DNA of 64,000 bases. It comes from an uncultured Gammaproteobacteria bacterium (GTDB lineage: Bacteria; Patescibacteriota; Microgenomatia; Daviesbacterales; UBA10151). The first letter of the stretch is position 1; every line of letters starts with the position of its first letter. Positions 58,573 to 64,000 of the stretch are shown here, in pieces. The stretch is taken from contig CAZVEX010000002.1 of the NCBI GenBank assembly GCA_964625535.1, positions 21,559 to 85,558 on the forward strand. The letters run 5' to 3'. The notes below the pieces were generated by a model. That model ran no database searches. It was not told where the DNA came from and saw only the letters and a list, made by a program, of their open reading frames with translations. A program made the position numbers and the translations under genes.

Positions 58573-61500
58573 TTACCCTTCTATACTTGCTCTTTCCGGA
58601 TTTGTGGGAATGAGCCTGCCAATTATAACATTTTCTTTTAGCCCCAGCAATTTATCTACTTTTCCTTGAATGGCTGCATCGGAGAGTATGTTGGTTGTTT
58701 CCTGGAAAGAGGCTGCAGACAGAAAGCTTTCTGTCTGCAAACTAGCTCTGGTAATACCCAATATGACTACCTCTGCTGTGGCCGGCTCTCCGCCGGAGGC
58801 CAAAACCCTTAAGTTTTCTTCCTCAAACCGCAGTTTATCAACAATCTCGCCCGGCAAGAGGCTGGTGTCGCCTTGCGACTCAATTCTTACTTTATCAGAC
58901 ATTTTTCTGACAATTACCTCAAAATGTTTGGAGTTGATGGGCACTCCTTGAGATTCATATACCGATCTTACCTCGTCAACTATATAGCTTTGGGCCGCGC
59001 GCAAACCCTGAACTCTTAAAATCTCTTTGACATCGGCATGGCCGGAGGATAAAACCGTGCCGGCCTCAATCAACTGTCCATCTTCCACCAAAAGCTGTGA
59101 GGTCACTGGAATAATATATTCCCTTTCTTCATGAGGCTTTTGCGTAGTCCTCACTCTCACCTTTACACCCAGCTCTCCCTCCACTACAGTCACTCTGCCG
59201 GCAATCTCGGACATGGGAGCAACGATCTTTGGGGTTCTCGCCTCAAACAACTCCTCTACCCGCGGAAGCCCTTGAGTAATATCCAAACCCACAATTCCTC
59301 CCGTATGGAAAGTTCTCATGGTAAGCTGGGTTCCTGGCTCGCCAATGGCTTGCGCAGCCACCACTCCTACAGGCGTACCAATTCCCACCGGTTTTCTGGT
59401 GGTCATATCTACTCCATAACAAGCCTGGCAAATACCGTATCTGGCTTCACAGGTCAGAGGAGATCTTACCTTAACCGAGGCTACGACAGTCTTTAGAAAC
59501 AACTGAACCATCTCCTCCGTAACAATCTCATCTGCCTTGGCCAAAAGTTTTCTTCCCAGCAACTGTTCTCTGGCGCTTGTAAAAGTGCTCTTTCTAATAT
59601 CAAAGGTCAATCCTTCTTTCGTGCCGCAATCTTCCGAGCGGATGATTACATCATGGGCTACATCCACCAACCTCCTTGTTAAATACCCTGCGTCCGCAGT
59701 TTTTAGAGCCTTGTCCGCCACCCCTTTTCTGGCTCCCCGGGCCGAAGTAAAATACTCAAAAACAGACAGCCCCTGACGGTAATTGGACTTGGTGGGAAGC
59801 TCCACGATTTTACCTGTCGGATCTGTTGATAAACCCCGCATGGCTGAAAGCTGCTTGGCTTGATCCCTCGACCCTCTGGCTCCGGCTTCAACCATCATCC
59901 TGATAGGGTTGTCCTCGCCCAAGTATTCCCAGGTGGCGTTGGCTAAATCTTCCGTAGTTTTGATCCAAACCATTTGAGAAAGCTGCGACTTTTCTTGAGA
60001 AGTAATTAAACCTTTGGCCAGATTGCTTTCTATCTTTTGTATTTCCCGCTCCGCCTCCATTAAATACTTTTGTTTATCCGGCACAACTTTAGCGTCAAAA
60101 ATGGAGATTGATATGCCGGCCATAGTTGCCCCTAAAAAGCCTATTCCCTTTATACTATCAATCATGGCTGAAACTTGATCTCTGTCCATGGTCTCCATGG
60201 CGCGCAAAATAATATCCCTGATGGTAAACCCTTTGACAACCTGGTTCATAAATCCCATTCCTTGGGGTAGCGCCCGATTAAAAAGAATTCTGCCGACAGA
60301 GGTTTCAATTATTTCGTTATCAATCCTGACCTTAATTTTTTGCTGTACCTTTATTTTACCCAAATCATAAAATAGCGTTGCCTCTTCTTCAGAGATAAAA
60401 GAACGAATTCCCCCATCGGGACTATTTTTGACCATAGTCAGATAATAACAACCCAAAGCCATCTCTCGGTTGGGCACGGTAATCGGCTGGGCATTAGCAG
60501 GACCAAAGATATTTTCCTTGGCCATCATCAACTCTTTGGCCTCTGTTTGCGCTTTTTGCGACAGAGGCACATGGGTAGCCATTTGATCGCCGTCAAAATC
60601 GGCATTAAAACCGGCGCAAACGCATGGATGAACCTGAATGGCGTTGCCGTCTACCAAAACCGGATAAAAGGCTTGAATGCCAAGACGGTGCAGCGTTGGC
60701 GCCCTGTTTATCAGGATCGGGTGGCCGGTAATGATTTCTTCCAAAATATCCCAGACCTCGGCAGGCCTTGTTTCTAAAACATTTTTGGCGCCCTTAACGT
60801 TGGCTGCCAGGCCTCTGCCGATCATCTCGCGCAGGACAAAAGGTTTAAACATCTCGAGTGCCATTTCTCTTGGCAACCCTACCTGATCCAAACGCAGCTT
60901 TGGTCCCACCACAATGACAGATCTTCCGGAATAGTCTACGCGCTTACCCAACAGGTTTTGCCTGAATCTACCCTGTTTGCCCCTTAACATATCCGATAGC
61001 GAACGCAAAGCATGGGCCGGGGCCGGACCTCCGCCGCGTCTGGTGGAACGGGAAGAAGTATCAATTAAACTATCAACCGCTTCCTGAAGCATTCTTTTTT
61101 CGTTGCGCAAAATAATTTCAGGGGCGCCCAAATTTATCAATCTGTTTAGCCGGTTGTTTCTATTGATCACTCTTCTGTATAGATCATTTAAATCCGAGGT
61201 GGCAAATCTTCCACCGGGTAGTTGTACCATGGGCCGAAGATCCGGCGGCAAAACCGGCAGTATCCTTAAAATTAACCACTGTGGTTGAATGCCTGCCTGA
61301 CGCATTCCTTCAACAACTCTCAATCTTTTGGTGGCCTTGACGTGTTTTTGACCGGTGGATTTGCGCACTTCTTCGCGCAGGGCTGCTGCCAGCTTGTCCA
61401 AATCCTGCTTTTGCAAAACCTCCAGAAGCGCTTCCGCTCCCATTCCCACTGTCATAAAATCCGACGCCTTGTATTCCAAAAGCTTGGAATATTCTTCTTC

Positions 61501-62229
61501 TGACAGAAGCCTTAATGGTACTACTCCTTTGACAAGTTCCGATATGGCTTTATAAATGTTTTCCAGTTGCACCTTTTCAACTACCAAATTATCGCGCAGT
61601 TTTTGAATTTCATATCGCGTTTTAAGCTCAACTTCCTGGCTTTCCAGCTCAAATTTTTCTTTGTCCAGAGTTTTTTTTAATTTAGTTAAATTTTTCTTAA
61701 GATCGTCTTCCAAACCCTTAACTTGCTTTTCCAGATTATTTTTAAACTCACCCAGTTTTCCCGTAAGTTCTTTTTCCAATTTTTCCAAAGCGGCTGTTTT
61801 TTGCTCCGGATCGATACCGATAATCAGATACGAGGCAAAGTAAACCACCGCTTCCAGATTTTTTGGTGAAATATCCAAAATTAATGATAGCTTTGAGGGA
61901 GCGCCTTTAACAAACCACGAATGAGCTACAGGGGAAGCGAGATTGATGTGTCCCATCCTTTCTCTTCTTACCTTACTCTGGGTTACCTCAACCCCGCACT
62001 TATCACAAATAACTCCTCTAAAACGGATTCTTTTGTATTTTCCGCAGTAACACTCGTAATCCTTGGTGGGGCCAAAGATATTTTCGGAAAACAGTCCGTC
62101 TTTTTCCGCCTTTAAAGTTCTGTAATTGATGGTTTCCGGTTTGGTCACCTCGCCAAAAGACCAACTTCTGATCTGTTCAGGGCTGGCTACTGTCAACTTG
62201 AGTGATTCGAAATCTAATAAGTCATTCAT
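58573..62229 (-). CDS. rpoC: RNA polymerase beta' subunit
   Basis: [25 protein letters not shown]. Confidence 0.98.
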   Translation of the reverse strand: MNDLLDFESLKLTVASPEQIRSWSFGEVTKPETINYRTLKAEKDGLFSENIFGPTKDYECYCGKYKRIRFRGVICDKCGVEVTQSKVRRERMGHINLASPVAHSWFVKGAPSKLSLILDISPKNLEAVVYFASYLIIGIDPEQKTAALEKLEKELTGKLGEFKNNLEKQVKGLEDDLKKNLTKLKKTLDKEKFELESQEVELKTRYEIQKLRDNLVVEKVQLENIYKAISELVKGVVPLRLLSEEEYSKLLEYKASDFMTVGMGAEALLEVLQKQDLDKLAAALREEVRKSTGQKHVKATKRLRVVEGMRQAGIQPQWLILRILPVLPPDLRPMVQLPGGRFATSDLNDLYRRVINRNNRLNRLINLGAPEIILRNEKRMLQEAVDSLIDTSSRSTRRGGGPAPAHALRSLSDMLRGKQGRFRQNLLGKRVDYSGRSVIVVGPKLRLDQVGLPREMALEMFKPFVLREMIGRGLAANVKGAKNVLETRPAEVWDILEEIITGHPILINRAPTLHRLGIQAFYPVLVDGNAIQVHPCVCAGFNADFDGDQMATHVPLSQKAQTEAKELMMAKENIFGPANAQPITVPNREMALGCYYLTMVKNSPDGGIRSFISEEEATLFYDLGKIKVQQKIKVRIDNEIIETSVGRILFNRALPQGMGFMNQVVKGFTIRDIILRAMETMDRDQVSAMIDSIKGIGFLGATMAGISISIFDAKVVPDKQKYLMEAEREIQKIESNLAKGLITSQEKSQLSQMVWIKTTEDLANATWEYLGEDNPIRMMVEAGARGSRDQAKQLSAMRGLSTDPTGKIVELPTKSNYRQGLSVFEYFTSARGARKGVADKALKTADAGYLTRRLVDVAHDVIIRSEDCGTKEGLTFDIRKSTFTSAREQLLGRKLLAKADEIVTEEMVQLFLKTVVASVKVRSPLTCEARYGICQACYGVDMTTRKPVGIGTPVGVVAAQAIGEPGTQLTMRTFHTGGIVGLDITQGLPRVEELFEARTPKIVAPMSEIAGRVTVVEGELGVKVRVRTTQKPHEEREYIIPVTSQLLVEDGQLIEAGTVLSSGHADVKEILRVQGLRAAQSYIVDEVRSVYESQGVPINSKHFEVIVRKMSDKVRIESQGDTSLLPGEIVDKLRFEEENLRVLASGGEPATAEVVILGITRASLQTESFLSAASFQETTNILSDAAIQGKVDKLLGLKENVIIGRLIPTNPERASIEG

Positions 62230-64000
62230 TGCTTGTCTTCCACCTCAAAAGGGCTACTTGCCGCTTCAAGCTCTCCTTGACTGGCCACTGGTTGCATCTC
62301 TAATGCTTCCTGAAGCTGGGCCACTTCCTCTTTTATTTCCGGTTTCTCCTCCACTTCTTTAGCTTGAACTATCTTGGCGCCCAAAGTCTCAACCGAGAGC
62401 CCTAGAGCTTGCAACTCCTTAACTAATACCTTGAATGATTCGGGTATTAAAGCCTGGGGAATATCAATCCCTTTAACTATCGCCTCAAAGGCTTTGGCTC
62501 TACCCACCACATCATCCGATTTAATAGTTAGCATTTCCTGCAGAATATTGGCTGCGCCGTAAGCCTCCAAGGCCCAGACTTCCATTTCTCCCAATCTTTG
62601 ACCTCCCATTTGGGCCTTTCCGCCCAAAGGCTGCTGGGTTACCAGCGAATAAGGTCCGGTGGAACGGGCATGAATTTTTTCTTCCACCATATGAATCAAT
62701 TTCAAAATGTAGTTTTTCCCCACCACAATGGTATTGTCAAAAAGCTGCCCCGACCTCCCATCAATCAACTTGACTTTTCCCTCTGCCGGCAAACCTGCCT
62801 TTTCTAACTCTGCAACTAAAGTTTCTTCCGGAATTTTCTCAAAAACCGGTGCCGAAACTTGATAGCCGGACTTGAAAGCCGCAAAACCCCAGTGAGTTTC
62901 CAGCAGCTGCCCCAAATTCATTCTGGATAAAACCGACAGGGGAGAGATGATAATGTCAACAGGGGTCCCGTCCTCCAGGTGAGGCATGTCGGAGGCCGGC
63001 ATAATTCTGGAAATCACGCCTTTGTTGCCGTGGCGGCCTGCCAGTTTATCTCCTTCCGTTACCTTCCTGATTTGCGCCACTTTTACCTTAATTCTCATCA
63101 AAGTTCCTGTATCCAGCTCGTCGCCCTCGCTGCGTGATAAAATATGTACTCCGATAACTGTTCCTTTTTCCCCGTGAGGAATGCGAAGAGACGTATCCCT
63201 GACTTCCTTTGCTTTTTCGCCAAAGATGGCCCGCAGCAACCTTTCTTCCGCTGTCAGCTCTGTTTCTCCTTTTGGCTGGACTTTACCTACTAAAATATCA
63301 TTGGGGCCTACCTCTGCTCCGATTCTTATGATCCCCTGCTCATCCAGATTGGCCAGGGCATCTTCCGATACATTTGGTATGTCGCGGGTCAGCTCTTCGG
63401 GTCCCAGCTTGGTTTCCACCACATCAACCTCATACTCCTCAATATGAATTGAAGTCAAAACATCATCTTTAACCAAACGGTCAGACACCACAATAGCATC
63501 CTCATAGCCCAATCCGTCAAAGCTCATATAGGCAATCAGTAGGTTTTGACCCAGGGCCAGTTCGCCGTTTGAGCAGGCAACGCCGTCTATCAAGAGATCG
63601 CCCTTTTGAACTTTTTGATTTATAGCCGCCATTGGTTTTTGAGAGTAACACGTACCTTGAGGGGAATGGACAAATTTATTAATTTCAAATTTTATTTCTT
63701 CTTTTCTGGTTTTTAGCAATAACTTGCTCCCGTCAACATAAGTCACCATACCGTCATCAGGAGCCCTGACTACCCTACCCATATTATCGGCTACCACCCG
63801 CTCCATCCCCGTACCAACAATTGGCGCCTGGGGTAAAAGCAAGGGCACTGCCTGACATTGCATCTGGGTCCCCATTAAAGCTCTGTTGGCATCGTCATTG
63901 GCCAGAAAAGGAATAAGCGAGGCAGAGGTGCCGAAAACTTGCTGCGGGGATATGTCAATCAAAGTAACATCATTCACGCTACCCTCAAAAAAATTACTCT
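62226..64000 (-). CDS. rpoB: RNA polymerase beta subunit, 3' part (frame open to window edge)
   Basis: [21 protein letters not shown]. Confidence 0.98.
   Translation of the reverse strand, partial: SNFFEGSVNDVTLIDISPQQVFGTSASLIPFLANDDANRALMGTQMQCQAVPLLLPQAPIVGTGMERVVADNMGRVVRAPDDGMVTYVDGSKLLLKTRKEEIKFEINKFVHSPQGTCYSQKPMAAINQKVQKGDLLIDGVACSNGELALGQNLLIAYMSFDGLGYEDAIVVSDRLVKDDVLTSIHIEEYEVDVVETKLGPEELTRDIPNVSEDALANLDEQGIIRIGAEVGPNDILVGKVQPKGETELTAEERLLRAIFGEKAKEVRDTSLRIPHGEKGTVIGVHILSRSEGDELDTGTLMRIKVKVAQIRKVTEGDKLAGRHGNKGVISRIMPASDMPHLEDGTPVDIIISPLSVLSRMNLGQLLETHWGFAAFKSGYQVSAPVFEKIPEETLVAELEKAGLPAEGKVKLIDGRSGQLFDNTIVVGKNYILKLIHMVEEKIHARSTGPYSLVTQQPLGGKAQMGGQRLGEMEVWALEAYGAANILQEMLTIKSDDVVGRAKAFEAIVKGIDIPQALIPESFKVLVKELQALGLSVETLGAKIVQAKEVEEKPEIKEEVAQLQEALEMQPVASQGELEAASSPFEVEDKQ

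Noticed and set aside
1-64000. CRISPR array, integrase/transposase, rRNA, recoded stop codons; many short antisense ORFs in the track
   Set aside because: No regularly spaced repeats, recombinase motifs or rRNA seen; TGA acts as a stop; the short ORFs overlap well-supported genes on the other strand

Overview
A window from a Patescibacteria/CPR genome, probably Microgenomates (inferred from the missing rpmD, short proteins, many near-leaderless sigma70 promoters and code-11 stops). The right half is housekeeping on the - strand: partial rpoB, rpoC, a broken-up str operon, S10-spc-alpha, rplM/rpsI, pgm, metK, recA/recX, rny and HU. The left half has an FMN-riboswitch rib operon, tRNA-Gln next to a GIY-YIG nuclease and an Mrr-like nuclease, gltX, aspS, recJ, cca, secDF, RNase P RNA, miaA, GT-C glycosyltransferases and an ABC-2 exporter. 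Four observations stand out. (1) Between rpsG and fusA, an unknown gene ends inside a degenerate tRNA-Ser-like cloverleaf, which is faced by a ~58-nt RNA with its own consensus promoter and terminator whose 5' end is complementary to the cloverleaf. (2) A pheL-like leader-peptide attenuator and a candidate Ile/Leu/Val attenuator precede unknown genes around a divergent TyrA-ACT protein. (3) The same GTCCGAC-N5-GTCGGAC hairpin forms the variable stem of three unrelated RNAs (FMN riboswitch, RNase P, SAM-I-like riboswitch). (4) Further short repeat families sit in-frame in proteins and inside RNAs. All calls were made by eye; no searches were run.
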